NCBI GenBank assembly: GCA_963703315.1
Contig: OY969811.1
Location: forward strand, 3,232,001 to 3,296,000
Direction of reading: 5' to 3'
DNA from: an uncultured cyanobacterium
GTDB lineage: Bacteria > Cyanobacteriota > Cyanobacteriia > Pseudanabaenales > Pseudanabaenaceae
DNA length: 64,000 nt
The position numbers and the translations under genes were made by a program. This document shows, in pieces, positions 42,534 through 51,974 of the stretch (the stretch's first letter is position 1; each line of letters starts with the position of its first letter). The notes under the pieces are model-generated. The model did no database searches. It was not told the DNA's origin and saw only the letters and a program-made list of their open reading frames with translations.

Positions 42534-43640
42534 ATGGGAATGCGATCGCCAAATCAGCAAAATCTTTTATCTTCTTTTGTGCGCGTTGCGATCGCTGCGA
42601 ATACATTTATAGTTATTTCCCTTAACTGGAATGCTCAAAATAATACTACTTGGGCAAAAAGTCTCCCAACCACAGAAAATTCATCAAACAAATTAAATTC
42701 CAATCGTTTTTTATTCATAGATTTACAAAGCCATTGGTCACGTCTATTTGTTGAAGGATTACTGTCCAATCAAGCTGTGAGCAATATTTTAGTTGATTCA
42801 GAAACTAGTCGTTTTCAGCCCGATCGCCCCATTACCCGTGCTGAGCTTGCCAATATATTAGAGATTGCCTTTGCTAATCGAAATGCACCCAAGATTACAA
42901 CGCGCTTAAATGATCCTGCCACCAAAGCCGAGACCTTAGTGGCGATCGCCCGTGAACTCAACCTAAACAGCAAAGCTCACAATACACCGCAAACATATTT
43001 GCTATCAATGTATCGAGATGCTTTGAAAATACCTGACTATGCTATTCCTGCGATCGCCACACTTACCCAACAAGGTTTAGTCACTAACTATCCCGATCCA
43101 CGTATCCTTGCGCCTACGAATGCCATTACTAAAAGTGAACTAGCAGTACTGCTATATCAAGCCCTTGCTTATCAAAAGAAATTACCAGCACTAGGCTCGC
43201 TCTATACGATTAATCCCAATCGACAACTGTGGGATCGGGAACTGATGCAGGTGACGCGCCTCGAAGTTAGCATCAGCAAGCGCAAAGTGACCGCCTTTCA
43301 TGGCGAAATACCTTTGAAAACATACTCTATTGCGGTAGGTAAATCGGGATGGAGTACACCCATTGGCAATCATCGGGTTTTACAAACTATTGAATATCCT
43401 GCTTGGCAAAATCCCTTTACAGGAGATGTGATTGCTAGCAAAGATCCTGAAAATCCTTTAGGCGATCGCTGGATTGGCTTTTGGACAGATGGCAAAAACT
43501 GGTCAGGATTTCACGGTACACCTAACCGAGATTCGGTTGGACAAGCTGCCTCTCACGGATGTATCCGTATGTATAACGAAGATGTGCGCGAATTATTTAG
43601 TCAAGTAACTGTTGGAACTGTGGTGAGGGTATCTCCCTAA
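42534..43640 (+). CDS. SLH-domain L,D-transpeptidase (YkuD family)
   Basis: FIDLQSHW, FQPDRPITRAELA, IAVGK....TP.G, GFHGT......GQAASHGCIRM. Confidence 0.9.
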   Translation: MGMRSPNQQNLLSSFVRVAIAANTFIVISLNWNAQNNTTWAKSLPTTENSSNKLNSNRFLFIDLQSHWSRLFVEGLLSNQAVSNILVDSETSRFQPDRPITRAELANILEIAFANRNAPKITTRLNDPATKAETLVAIARELNLNSKAHNTPQTYLLSMYRDALKIPDYAIPAIATLTQQGLVTNYPDPRILAPTNAITKSELAVLLYQALAYQKKLPALGSLYTINPNRQLWDRELMQVTRLEVSISKRKVTAFHGEIPLKTYSIAVGKSGWSTPIGNHRVLQTIEYPAWQNPFTGDVIASKDPENPLGDRWIGFWTDGKNWSGFHGTPNRDSVGQAASHGCIRMYNEDVRELFSQVTVGTVVRVSP

Positions 43641-43690
43641 AAAAAGTTGATGATTACGGCGCTTTGCGCCGTAATCATCAACTTTTTTAG
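43637..43690. terminator. Palindrome spanning both stop codons of convergent genes
   Basis: ctaaaaaaagttgatgattacggcgc-ttt-gcgccgtaatcatcaacttttttag. Confidence 0.8.
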
Positions 43691-44469
43691 CTTTGTAACA
43701 CTCGAACTACTGTAGTTTGAGGAAGATTATTAGCATTAAGTTCTAAGCTTGAACCTGCTAATTTGTTGATACTATCCTTGGGCATCAGAGCCAGAAAATC
43801 ATCGATAGCAGCTAATTGACAAGACTTACTAGATTTATTTGTTCGATAATAAACGGGAATAACAATGCGTGGATTTAGTTCTTTGACGATCGCCTGAGCT
43901 TCTACAGGAGAATAGGCTTTAGCAGCAAACGAATCCGTACTCTGCTCGTTACCACCTATTGGCAAAATCAAAACATCGGGACGACCAATCAAAATTCTTT
44001 GAGAGGCATTAATTGGAGCAGCAGCACTACCAAGATGCACGATAAAAATACCTGACTGTTTCCATTTCCATGCCACATTCCGCCCAAATCTGCGACCACC
44101 CAAGCGATCGTGATCCATCGAAATCCCTTGCAGATTAATGCCTTTGAGGTTATAAGAGCCGGGTTCTGACAAAACGCGCCGATCCTTAGGCAAATTTTCT
44201 AGGTATCCTTCGTCCAAGAGTCGGGAACTAATCAAAATGTAATCAGACGCTGATGTAGGGGATGTCAAATTACTGGTACAACCCGCAGGACGAAAAGGAT
44301 GGGTTAAAAACCGCACACCATCACCTGATACCAAAAATGACAGATGCCCCAACCATTCCAGTCGTAAAGTTGAGTTAGTTTGCGAATTAGCGGCATCAGC
44401 GATGATTCCTGCTGTAAATGCGGAAATTAGTCCACCTTGAGCGAGTCGAAGAATTTGTCTGCGGCGCAT
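43687..44469 (-). CDS. MBL-fold metallo-hydrolase-like protein with a Tat-type signal
   Basis: MRRRQIL signal, WLGHLSF, HDRLGGRRFG, VHLG, PDVLILPIGG. Confidence 0.85.
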   Translation of the reverse strand: MRRRQILRLAQGGLISAFTAGIIADAANSQTNSTLRLEWLGHLSFLVSGDGVRFLTHPFRPAGCTSNLTSPTSASDYILISSRLLDEGYLENLPKDRRVLSEPGSYNLKGINLQGISMDHDRLGGRRFGRNVAWKWKQSGIFIVHLGSAAAPINASQRILIGRPDVLILPIGGNEQSTDSFAAKAYSPVEAQAIVKELNPRIVIPVYYRTNKSSKSCQLAAIDDFLALMPKDSINKLAGSSLELNANNLPQTTVVRVLQS

Positions 44470-44519
44470 ATTGTTTAGGTAAATGATTATTTTAGGTTAG
44501 ATCAGGATAATTCCAAAAC

Positions 44520-44652
44520 AATATTTAAGGTAAGGGAAGTCTTAATTATTTGTAGGATGCGTTAGTGAAACGTAACGCATCAATCAGGTAAAAATGATGG
44601 GTTACGAGATCTCTAACCCATCCTACGTTTAATTCCAACAACCTTAAATATT
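44520..44652. repeat. Inverted GTAG-type REP doublet (44552-44626) inside a 12-bp inverted-repeat shell
   Basis: gtaggatgcgttag..cgtaacgcatc ... gatgggttacg..ctaacccatcctac, flanked by aatatttaaggt/accttaaatatt. Confidence 0.75.
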
Positions 44653-45251
44653 CAGGCTGTGACGGTTAATCCTTTTAAGAAGTTTCTCAGTAAGTCTCTT
44701 CCTGCCTCAGTTAAGATACTTTCAGGATGAAATTGGACTCCTTGAACATGAGGATATTCCTTGTGTCGGACTCCCATGATGATGTCATCTTCAGTCCATG
44801 CAGTAACCTCAAGGACATCAGGGCAATTATGACGATCAATGACGAGACTATGATATCGAGTTGCGGTAAAGGGATTGTTTAGCCCCGCCAAAATACCAAC
44901 TCCTGTATGGTAAATTTGTGATGTTTTACCATGCATTAGGTAGGGGGCTGAGACAACCTTACCTCCATAGATTAAACCCATACTTTGATGTCCGAGACAT
45001 ACGCCTAAAATCGGAGTATATGCCCCCATTTCTCGAATTATATCGAGAGATACACCTGCTTCTTCAGGACGACCAGGACCTGGGGAAATGACAACTCCTG
45101 CGGGATTTAGTTGTTTGACTTGTTCGATGCTTATTTCATCGTTTCGTTTAACTATAATTTCACCCAATGCAGGAAATTCAGGTAATAGTTCACCAAGATA
45201 CTGCACAAGGTTATAAGTAAAGCTGTCGTAATTGTCGATAACGAGAATCAT
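44652..45251 (-). CDS. trpG: Anthranilate / aminodeoxychorismate synthase glutamine amidotransferase subunit
   Basis: [34 protein letters not shown]. Confidence 0.93.
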   Translation of the reverse strand: MILVIDNYDSFTYNLVQYLGELLPEFPALGEIIVKRNDEISIEQVKQLNPAGVVISPGPGRPEEAGVSLDIIREMGAYTPILGVCLGHQSMGLIYGGKVVSAPYLMHGKTSQIYHTGVGILAGLNNPFTATRYHSLVIDRHNCPDVLEVTAWTEDDIIMGVRHKEYPHVQGVQFHPESILTEAGRDLLRNFLKGLTVTA

Positions 45252-45365
45252 GTTTGCAGATCTTGTATTTGTCAGCTTTGAGATTGATGGCGATCGCTAA
45301 TTTCTGACTCGATTTAGCTTTTTCAATTTAACATTTTTTATGAAGAATTCAGACCAGAAAAGATT

Positions 45366-46280
45366 ATGAAACTAGTTTTGGGAGCTTTTGCCTTGGTCTT
45401 GTTAGCTAGTTCATATTGGGACGATGAGGCGATCGCGCAACTACGTCAAAAGCCACCACAAAAAGTTCAGATCCAGCAACAGGTGGTTATTCCTGCGAAT
45501 GAGAATGCCGATCAGCTTTTGGAACGGGGTAATTCCTATGTCCGTTTGGGGAATTTAGAAGGGGCTGTAGTGGTTTTTCGAGCAGCAATCAAGAAAAATC
45601 CTGAGCTAACAGCCGCCCATTACAATCTTGGTTTGGCTTATGCACAGGCAGGACAGCTCAAAGAAGCCATTCATTCTTTTCAAAGGGCAACGAGACTCGA
45701 TCCTAAGTTTGCGATCGCCTACAGTAATTTAGGTGCTGCTCAGTTGCAGTCTGGTAATCCTAACCAAGCAATTCCCAATTTACAAAGAGCAGTGCGGCTA
45801 GACCCGAAACTTTCAGTTGCCTATTACAATCTTGGTCTAGCCTTTAAAGAGAAAAAAGACATCAACAATGCGATCGCCAATCTCAATCAAGCTCTAAAGC
45901 TAAATCCTCAATCTCCCGAAACAATTTATAACTTGGGTTTGTTAATTCAAACTCAGGGTGATATGCCGAAGGCGATCGCTTACTATGCCAAAGCTTTGCA
46001 ACTAAATCCTGAATATCCAGAGGCTTACTACAATTTGGGGGCAGCTTTATTAATTCAAGGTCAAACTGAAAATGCGATCGCGCAGCTTCGTAATGCTTTG
46101 CAATTTCGGAAAGATTATGCTGAGGCTTTCTATACACTTGGGGTCGCGCAGGTAAGGGCGGGACAAAAGCAGGACGCAATTCAATCTTTTATTCAAGCCC
46201 AAGCCTATTTTAATCAGCAAAAAAATACTACATGGGCGCAACAAAGCGATCGGCAGATTCAACGATTACGCAGTAACTGA
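45366..46280 (+). CDS. Secreted TPR-repeat protein
   Basis: Signal peptide plus about 7 TPR units (AHYNLGLA..). Confidence 0.92.
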   Translation: MKLVLGAFALVLLASSYWDDEAIAQLRQKPPQKVQIQQQVVIPANENADQLLERGNSYVRLGNLEGAVVVFRAAIKKNPELTAAHYNLGLAYAQAGQLKEAIHSFQRATRLDPKFAIAYSNLGAAQLQSGNPNQAIPNLQRAVRLDPKLSVAYYNLGLAFKEKKDINNAIANLNQALKLNPQSPETIYNLGLLIQTQGDMPKAIAYYAKALQLNPEYPEAYYNLGAALLIQGQTENAIAQLRNALQFRKDYAEAFYTLGVAQVRAGQKQDAIQSFIQAQAYFNQQKNTTWAQQSDRQIQRLRSN

Positions 46281-46517
46281 AAATAGAAATATCTATTTTC
46301 AGTACTTCTATAGCAAAACTTGCATTGCTATACCTGATTGATTGTAGGTTGGTATAACTATTGGATAACTATACCAATGTATCAAAAGTAACTTTCTGAT
46401 AACTTTGGCTAGCTGACAAATTTCTCTAAAAAGCGGAATATATACGCATAGATTCACGTGTTAGTGAGTTTTTATGAGCTTTAGATTTGATTTTTCGGTA
46501 AGATTAAGGGTAGGGAA

Positions 46518-47402
46518 ATGAATAAGTCAGTTTTTCAAAAAATAGCTTCAGCAGTGCTTGTATCTTGGGGGGCAATTGCTACTACTCTTCCTGCTCATGC
46601 TGGCAATCTAATCAATGGCTGGGACTATGCTCGTGATGACTACTCCTATGATGGCTCTGATGCTAATGGCTTTAGCCCCACTAGTCGTTTTGACATTTAT
46701 GGTATTGGAGTTAAGCAGGTTAACAACGAAGTTTGGGTGGGAATTAATGCCAGTACGCCATTGACAGGGGCTTCTTATAGTAGTGCGGCTGATGGCAATA
46801 TTGGTTGGGGCGATCTATTCCTTGACTTTGGAGTTGGTAGCACATTTTCCTCTGCTCAAGGTTCCATGCTCGGTATTCGATTTGCAGCTACCAATGATTC
46901 TATTGCACCAACTACAGGCGTTTATACAAATGTTACTGGCAAGAGCGTTGCTCTAGACAATAGTGGATACACTAATTTGAATCACTATGCTAATCATGCA
47001 CCCAATGCCGTAATTGGTGACTTGGCTTTGAACGATCCCTATTATGCCGCTTACGCCAATGCTGGTGTTCCCAACGTAATCAATAAATTTTCATCAAGGA
47101 TTGGTGACGTACAAACACTTTCTAGTTTGGAATTAGCAACTCTTCCTGTTATATCTGCCCCCAATGGAAGTACTCATCTGAATACGTTTGGCTTTAAGTT
47201 TAGTCTTCCCAGTACTTACACTGGATCTTTCATTGGCTCTCTATTTTTAGAGTGCATTAATGACGCAGTTGCTATCAAGGGCAACGTCAGACCTGTACCT
47301 GTGCCTCCTGCGATCGCAGGTATTCTTGCTGCAGGGGCTTTCGGTGGTTGGCGTGCTACTAGACGAAAAAAACAACTCACAGCAAAAGCAGTTGCAGCTT
47401 AG
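46518..47402 (+). CDS. PEP-CTERM-like exosortase-sorted surface protein
   Basis: Signal peptide ending PAHA; C-terminal PVPVPPAIAGILAAGAFGGW-RATRRKK (Pro motif, TM segment, basic cluster). Confidence 0.8.
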   Translation: MNKSVFQKIASAVLVSWGAIATTLPAHAGNLINGWDYARDDYSYDGSDANGFSPTSRFDIYGIGVKQVNNEVWVGINASTPLTGASYSSAADGNIGWGDLFLDFGVGSTFSSAQGSMLGIRFAATNDSIAPTTGVYTNVTGKSVALDNSGYTNLNHYANHAPNAVIGDLALNDPYYAAYANAGVPNVINKFSSRIGDVQTLSSLELATLPVISAPNGSTHLNTFGFKFSLPSTYTGSFIGSLFLECINDAVAIKGNVRPVPVPPAIAGILAAGAFGGWRATRRKKQLTAKAVAA

Positions 47403-47439
47403 TTAAAAAAGGGGTCGTGCTTCGCACGACCCCTTTTTA

Positions 47440-48654
47440 TTAGGGAACACTCCAAACATGAATATTGCAGTCTTCGCCACCACTAACTAAGGTTTGTTCG
47501 TCTTGACTGAGGGCGATCGCATTGATCAGATTGATATGTCCATTGAGGACTTGAATTGGTTCGCCTGTTTCTAAATTCCACACACGGATTTCTTTATAAC
47601 TAGCACTAATCAAAGTTTTACCATCACGACTAATAATTAGTGACTTGACCCAACCCCAATGACCTTCTAATGTGCGAATTGCTTTACCTGTTTGCAAATC
47701 CCAAACTTTGATACGAGTGTCGAGACTGCCACTAACTAATGTACGTCCATCAGGACTGATCGCAAAGGAAAGAACTCGCGCTGAATGTCCGATAAATTCC
47801 CAGCGTAGTCTCCCAGAAATTAAGTCCCATACCCGAATCGTCGTATCCCAACTGCAACTAGCAATTACTTTGCCATCGGGACTGAGCGCCACCGAATCCA
47901 CCAGACTAGTGTGACCACGGAGAGTCCGAATTTCTGTACCTGTTCTGATATCCCAAAGTTTAATCGTAGTGTCTTGGCTACCTGTAACCAGAGTTTTGCC
48001 GTTGGGAGTAATTGCCACCGAATTGACATAGCCAATATGTCCCATCAAAGTGAGCAGTTCCTTTCCCGATCGCGCATCCCATAGTTTGATCGTTTTATCG
48101 CGACTAGCACTAGCTAGGATTCTGCCGTTAGTACTCAAAGCGATCGAAGTAACAATATGCGTATGTCCACGAATCGTGCCAATTTGTTTAGCTTGTTGTT
48201 TGGCTTGATTTTCTCCCTTGCCTAAATCCCACACTTTAATCGTGAAGTCTGCACCAGCGCTATATAAAATTCTGCCATTTGCCGATATAGCAAGGGAGGC
48301 GATCGCCTCTTCATGACCTTGTAGGCTGTCAACAATATCAAATAAATGATATTGACTATAGTTCTTTAATACTTGCCGAATGTGAGCTTCAGGTCTACGC
48401 CAGAGTAGCAAGAGGGCAGTACGTTGCACCTTAAGAGATGGATCTTCCAAGCCTTGTAAGACTAAGTTCAAGCCAGCTTCACCATAATTAAGCGCTTCTC
48501 GGAGGGCGGCAATTCTGGGGGCGATCGCCGAACTGGCTAATCTTCTTTTAACTCCTGCTATTCCACCCAGCACGACACCACCAATGGGCGGTGGGGATTG
48601 ACCTCCAAGGACGGCATCCTGTGATTTTGGCTGCTGGTGAGGCTTTGAGATCAT
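47440..48654 (-). CDS. WD40-repeat protein with an N-terminal HEAT-like segment
   Basis: Seven GH...V.SVA.SPDG..L.SGS.D.TIKLWD units. Confidence 0.93.
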   Translation of the reverse strand: MISKPHQQPKSQDAVLGGQSPPPIGGVVLGGIAGVKRRLASSAIAPRIAALREALNYGEAGLNLVLQGLEDPSLKVQRTALLLLWRRPEAHIRQVLKNYSQYHLFDIVDSLQGHEEAIASLAISANGRILYSAGADFTIKVWDLGKGENQAKQQAKQIGTIRGHTHIVTSIALSTNGRILASASRDKTIKLWDARSGKELLTLMGHIGYVNSVAITPNGKTLVTGSQDTTIKLWDIRTGTEIRTLRGHTSLVDSVALSPDGKVIASCSWDTTIRVWDLISGRLRWEFIGHSARVLSFAISPDGRTLVSGSLDTRIKVWDLQTGKAIRTLEGHWGWVKSLIISRDGKTLISASYKEIRVWNLETGEPIQVLNGHINLINAIALSQDEQTLVSGGEDCNIHVWSVP

Positions 48655-48664
48655 AAACTCGTGG

Positions 48665-48697
48665 TTAGCCAAGCGACGCTTTGCGTCGCTTGGCTAA
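48665..48697. repeat. Perfect palindrome, TTT/AAA loop
   Basis: ttagccaagcgacgc-ttt-gcgtcgcttggctaa. Confidence 0.85.
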
Positions 48698-48698
48698 A

Positions 48699-49571
48699 TT
48701 AAGCGGCTGTGGCAAGAGCTTCTTCTAACGAATATTCAATATCAGAAAGTTGATATTCTCCGTAAACTTCACAGGAGTTATTCGGGCTTTCAATAAGTTT
48801 GATGCTATGCAATTTTGCACCAATTTCGCGGATAGGTTGAGTGAGAACTTTTTGAATATATACAGCGATATTTTCGGCGGTTGGCACAACTTCAGAAAAA
48901 TAAGGAATATCCTTATTCAAGAAAGTGTGATCCATCGGATCGAGGACATATTGATTAAGAGCTTTTTGAAAATCACTAAGATCAGCGATCATGCCCGTAC
49001 GTGGGTCAATCTCACCAGTAATAGAGACTTCTAAATGATAGTTATGTCCATGACCATTCACACGAGCGCATTTGCCATAGATAGCAGTATTTTCTTCTAA
49101 AGAAAGTGTATCTAGTGCGAGGCGATGAGCAGCAGAAAAGTGAGTACTAATTGTTAAATTTACTTTCATGTCGTTACCTTGATAGTCAGCCCAGAGTTCA
49201 GGATGTTCATATAAGCGAATATTGATTAATGGCAAATGATTTTCTAATCGTTGCCATATTACGCGAGCAATATTTTCCGTAGTTGGCAGAGTTTGCTGAA
49301 ATTCTGCCCATGCTTGATTGAGATAGGAAAAATTTAGTTGGGTCGTGACTTCACGGGCAATGATGTGTTTGACATCAGAAAGATTTAGCACCATGCCCGT
49401 ATTGTCAATTTCTCCTTGCATCCCAACGTACAGTACATAGTTATGACCATGAGGAGGAAAGTTAGTACACGCGCCGAATTTGGCATGATTTTCCTCATCT
49501 GGAATTTCGGGAAGCCAGTAACGATGACTAGCAGAAAATTCGGCTCGGCGATTAATTACACATTTAGCCAT
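48699..49571 (-). CDS. queD: Dual-domain 6-pyruvoyl / 6-carboxy-tetrahydropterin synthase
   Basis: Two domains, each with FSA.HR...GHN(Y)..G..D..GM and PT.ENIA. Confidence 0.85.
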   Translation of the reverse strand: MAKCVINRRAEFSASHRYWLPEIPDEENHAKFGACTNFPPHGHNYVLYVGMQGEIDNTGMVLNLSDVKHIIAREVTTQLNFSYLNQAWAEFQQTLPTTENIARVIWQRLENHLPLINIRLYEHPELWADYQGNDMKVNLTISTHFSAAHRLALDTLSLEENTAIYGKCARVNGHGHNYHLEVSITGEIDPRTGMIADLSDFQKALNQYVLDPMDHTFLNKDIPYFSEVVPTAENIAVYIQKVLTQPIREIGAKLHSIKLIESPNNSCEVYGEYQLSDIEYSLEEALATAA

Positions 49572-49684
49572 CAGGAATAAGCCACTAAAAACTAGGCTCA
49601 AGGAATTGTAAATTTATCTTAATACGTTAACAGTTTCAGGGAGCAAATCCTAACTTACAGCAATTCAAGATCAGGAAAACCAAA

Positions 49685-49727
49685 ATAATTTAAGCGAGCG
49701 TGGCTTCGCCACGCTCGCTTAAATTAT
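49685..49727. repeat. Perfect palindrome, TTC/GAA loop, overlapping a stop codon
   Basis: ataatttaagcgagcgtggc-ttc-gccacgctcgcttaaattat. Confidence 0.85.
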
Positions 49728-50212
49728 GGATTCTCATTAACTTGTTGACGCTTGATTTTTGCCTCAAGTTCTGACCATGCAATCACTTGAGTCACTGTTA
49801 AATCTTCAATATGCACACTATATTCTTTAGCGATCGCCACTAAAGATTGCATTGCCGAAATTACCATACGGGTAAGAAATTTTTCATGACTGGAAAGATT
49901 GGCAGATGTAACTTCATCCTGTCTCGTATCTTCAAAGTCGAGATCAGGATGCGGCGAAGTCCACTTTAGAAATGCCGCCTCTTCTCCTTGATCTTTCCGA
50001 ATCTGCGAATCCTGCTCGATCCATTGCACAATTTGGCTAGTGACCAGATCCTCAGCATGAATATTCAAAGTTTGAGCAATTTTGATAACAATCCGTAGTG
50101 ATGAAATCGTGATACGGGTCATAAATTTTTCCATTGCCGAAAGCATAGCCCCATCGATTTGGTGGGCTTCTGCTAATGTCAGAAACTGGATCGGATCTTG
50201 TTGGGTTGTCAT
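49724..50212 (-). CDS. Hypothetical protein made of two homologous ~75-aa domains
   Basis: LSAMEKFMTRITISS..IHAEDL..QIVQW versus LSSHEKFLTRMVISA..VHIEDL..QVIAW. Confidence 0.8.
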   Translation of the reverse strand: MTTQQDPIQFLTLAEAHQIDGAMLSAMEKFMTRITISSLRIVIKIAQTLNIHAEDLVTSQIVQWIEQDSQIRKDQGEEAAFLKWTSPHPDLDFEDTRQDEVTSANLSSHEKFLTRMVISAMQSLVAIAKEYSVHIEDLTVTQVIAWSELEAKIKRQQVNENP

Positions 50213-50275
50213 ACAAACTACTGTTAAAAATTGAGAGCGATGCTTTACGTCGCCCTCAATGACTAAAAAACGAGA

Positions 50276-50554
50276 CTAAAAACCGATAATTTGCAAAAAT
50301 CCTCGACCAGTCACCAATTCAGCAACAAATAAAATCACAAAGCCAATCATTGCAACGCGCCCATTGAGTAGCTCAGCATACTCGGTTAGCCCAAAGATCT
50401 TTTCATCTTGGCTTTCGTCTTGATTTGCAACTTGCTTTTTAACCTGTTTTTCAGCTTTCTCTTCAATATACATTTTTGGCTCGATCGCCCAATTGTTTAA
50501 GATGCCACGCTCATCTTTCGTAAAAGCCGTGCGGACTTTAGCTTGTTCTGTCAT
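50276..50554 (-). CDS. High-light-inducible (Hli/SCP) chlorophyll-binding protein
   Basis: DERGILNNWAIEPKMY plus the CAB motif AELLNGRVAMIGF. Confidence 0.92.
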   Translation of the reverse strand: MTEQAKVRTAFTKDERGILNNWAIEPKMYIEEKAEKQVKKQVANQDESQDEKIFGLTEYAELLNGRVAMIGFVILFVAELVTGRGFLQIIGF

Positions 50555-50594
50555 TAATTTTTACCTTAAAGTTTTTTAAATAATTTATTGCTAA

Positions 50595-50699
50595 TAAGTA
50601 GCTGGGCATACTTAAAAATTAGATCCAAAACCTGTAGCGCACGCGCAGCGTGCGCTACAGGTTCTTGGGTTTTGGATTTAATTTGCGTCCAGCTACTTA
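50595..50699. repeat. Family B mini-element flanked by a 12-14-bp direct repeat
   Basis: taagtagct...acctgtagcgcacgc-gca-gcgtgcgctacaggt...agctactta; taatttattgctaa at 50581-50594 and 50698-50711. Confidence 0.85.
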
Positions 50700-50731
50700 A
50701 TTTATTGCTAACTACTTAGCATTGCTACATG

Positions 50732-50749
50732 ATTCTTAACTTTTGTTCA
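50732..50749 (-). promoter_or_regulatory. Possible HLR1 (RpaB) site of the hli promoter
   Basis: The minus strand reads TGAACAAA-AG-TTAAGAAT; hli genes are known RpaB targets. Confidence 0.35.
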
Positions 50750-50857
50750 ATTTTATCCCCTAATGTCAAAATTCTCCAAACATTGAATGGAAGATCTAGC
50801 ACAAAGCGCTAGTAAAGTAGAGATGACGCTTTGCGTCATCTCTACTTACTGTTTTTT

Positions 50858-51541
50858 ATGTCCCACTTTTCTGACTTATTCGAGCATTGGCAATCTACTC
50901 TCAATTGGTCACCCAACACTGACCAAATCTCTCAATTTGAAAAGCTATACGAGCTGGTAATCGAGGGGAATAGCAAACAAAACCTAACGAGGATTACGGT
51001 TCCTGAAGACTTTTGGGAAAAACACCTATGGGACTCATTGCGAGGTGTATTAGCTTACTGGAATCGTGAAAATATTAAGATAATTGATATTGGTACGGGG
51101 GCGGGCTTTCCGGGACTACCGATCGCGATCGCCAAACCATCATGGCAAGTCACTTTAGTTGATAGCAAACAAAAAAAGGTTGCTTTTGTTGAGCAAACAA
51201 TTCAAGATCTCCAGCTAACAAATGCGATCGCCCAAGTTGGGAGAGTAGAGGATCTTAACAAAATATCCTCACACAAAAAGAAGTACGACTTAGCGGTCGT
51301 AAGGGCAGTGGGTAAGCCAGATATTTGTGCTAGCTATTGCTTACCATTTCTGAAAAAAAGTGGGACAGCAATTCTCTATCGGGGGCAGTGGCTACCTGAA
51401 GAAAGTGAGCAACTAGATATATTTTGTGAAGAACAAGGGTTACAAGTTGTCGAGCAGGATCGGTTTCAGACTCCGATTACTGCAAGTGTCCGTCACAGTG
51501 TTTATCTTTCACCCCGTTCAACCTCCATCTCAAACTCATAG
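50858..51541 (+). CDS. rsmG: 16S rRNA m7G527 methyltransferase
   Basis: NLTRIT, KHLWDSL, DIGTGAGFPGLP, VDSKQKK, VRAVG. Confidence 0.95.
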   Translation: MSHFSDLFEHWQSTLNWSPNTDQISQFEKLYELVIEGNSKQNLTRITVPEDFWEKHLWDSLRGVLAYWNRENIKIIDIGTGAGFPGLPIAIAKPSWQVTLVDSKQKKVAFVEQTIQDLQLTNAIAQVGRVEDLNKISSHKKKYDLAVVRAVGKPDICASYCLPFLKKSGTAILYRGQWLPEESEQLDIFCEEQGLQVVEQDRFQTPITASVRHSVYLSPRSTSISNS

Positions 51542-51762
51542 GGAGATGCAAAATTAGAAGAATCGTAAAGAAACCGAATAACTTCTTCTTCGAGACGGTG
51601 AATATGGTGGACTTCTACAGCATTAGTAACACGCAGAGCCGCTAAGTAACCGTCTAAAAAAAGTCTCATTTCATCGGTAGAACAATAACCACGTTCTGAC
51701 ATTTCGACTAAGGAGTCTGTAATCTTTTGATAATGACGAATGGCGATCGCGTCTTGAAGCAT
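51502..51762 (-). CDS. Conserved cyanobacterial small protein (DUF6761-like)
   Basis: MLQD...IRHYQKITDSLVE, LFLDGYLAAL, IHRLEEE..RFLYD.SNF. Confidence 0.8.
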   Translation of the reverse strand: MLQDAIAIRHYQKITDSLVEMSERGYCSTDEMRLFLDGYLAALRVTNAVEVHHIHRLEEEVIRFLYDSSNFASPYEFEMEVERGER

Positions 51763-51917
51763 AGGTCAAGCTGGAATAACTACCGTCCTAGTGGGATATG
51801 CCTAGGTTATATAGAGGGTTCCCCCATAGTTCTATCGAGTGATCGCTAGTTAAGAAAATTTCACTCCATATACCTTAAGCATCGTCATTCTAACACTTTG
51901 AGAATTTAAAAACATCA

Positions 51918-51974
51918 ATATACCGAAGAATGAAGTTGCGGTGCTTTGCGCCGCAACTTCATTCTTCGGTATAT
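51918..51974. repeat. 27-bp-arm palindrome overlapping the last 16 nt of tsaB
   Basis: atataccgaagaatgaagttgcggtgc-ttt-gcgccgcaacttcattcttcggtatat. Confidence 0.9.
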
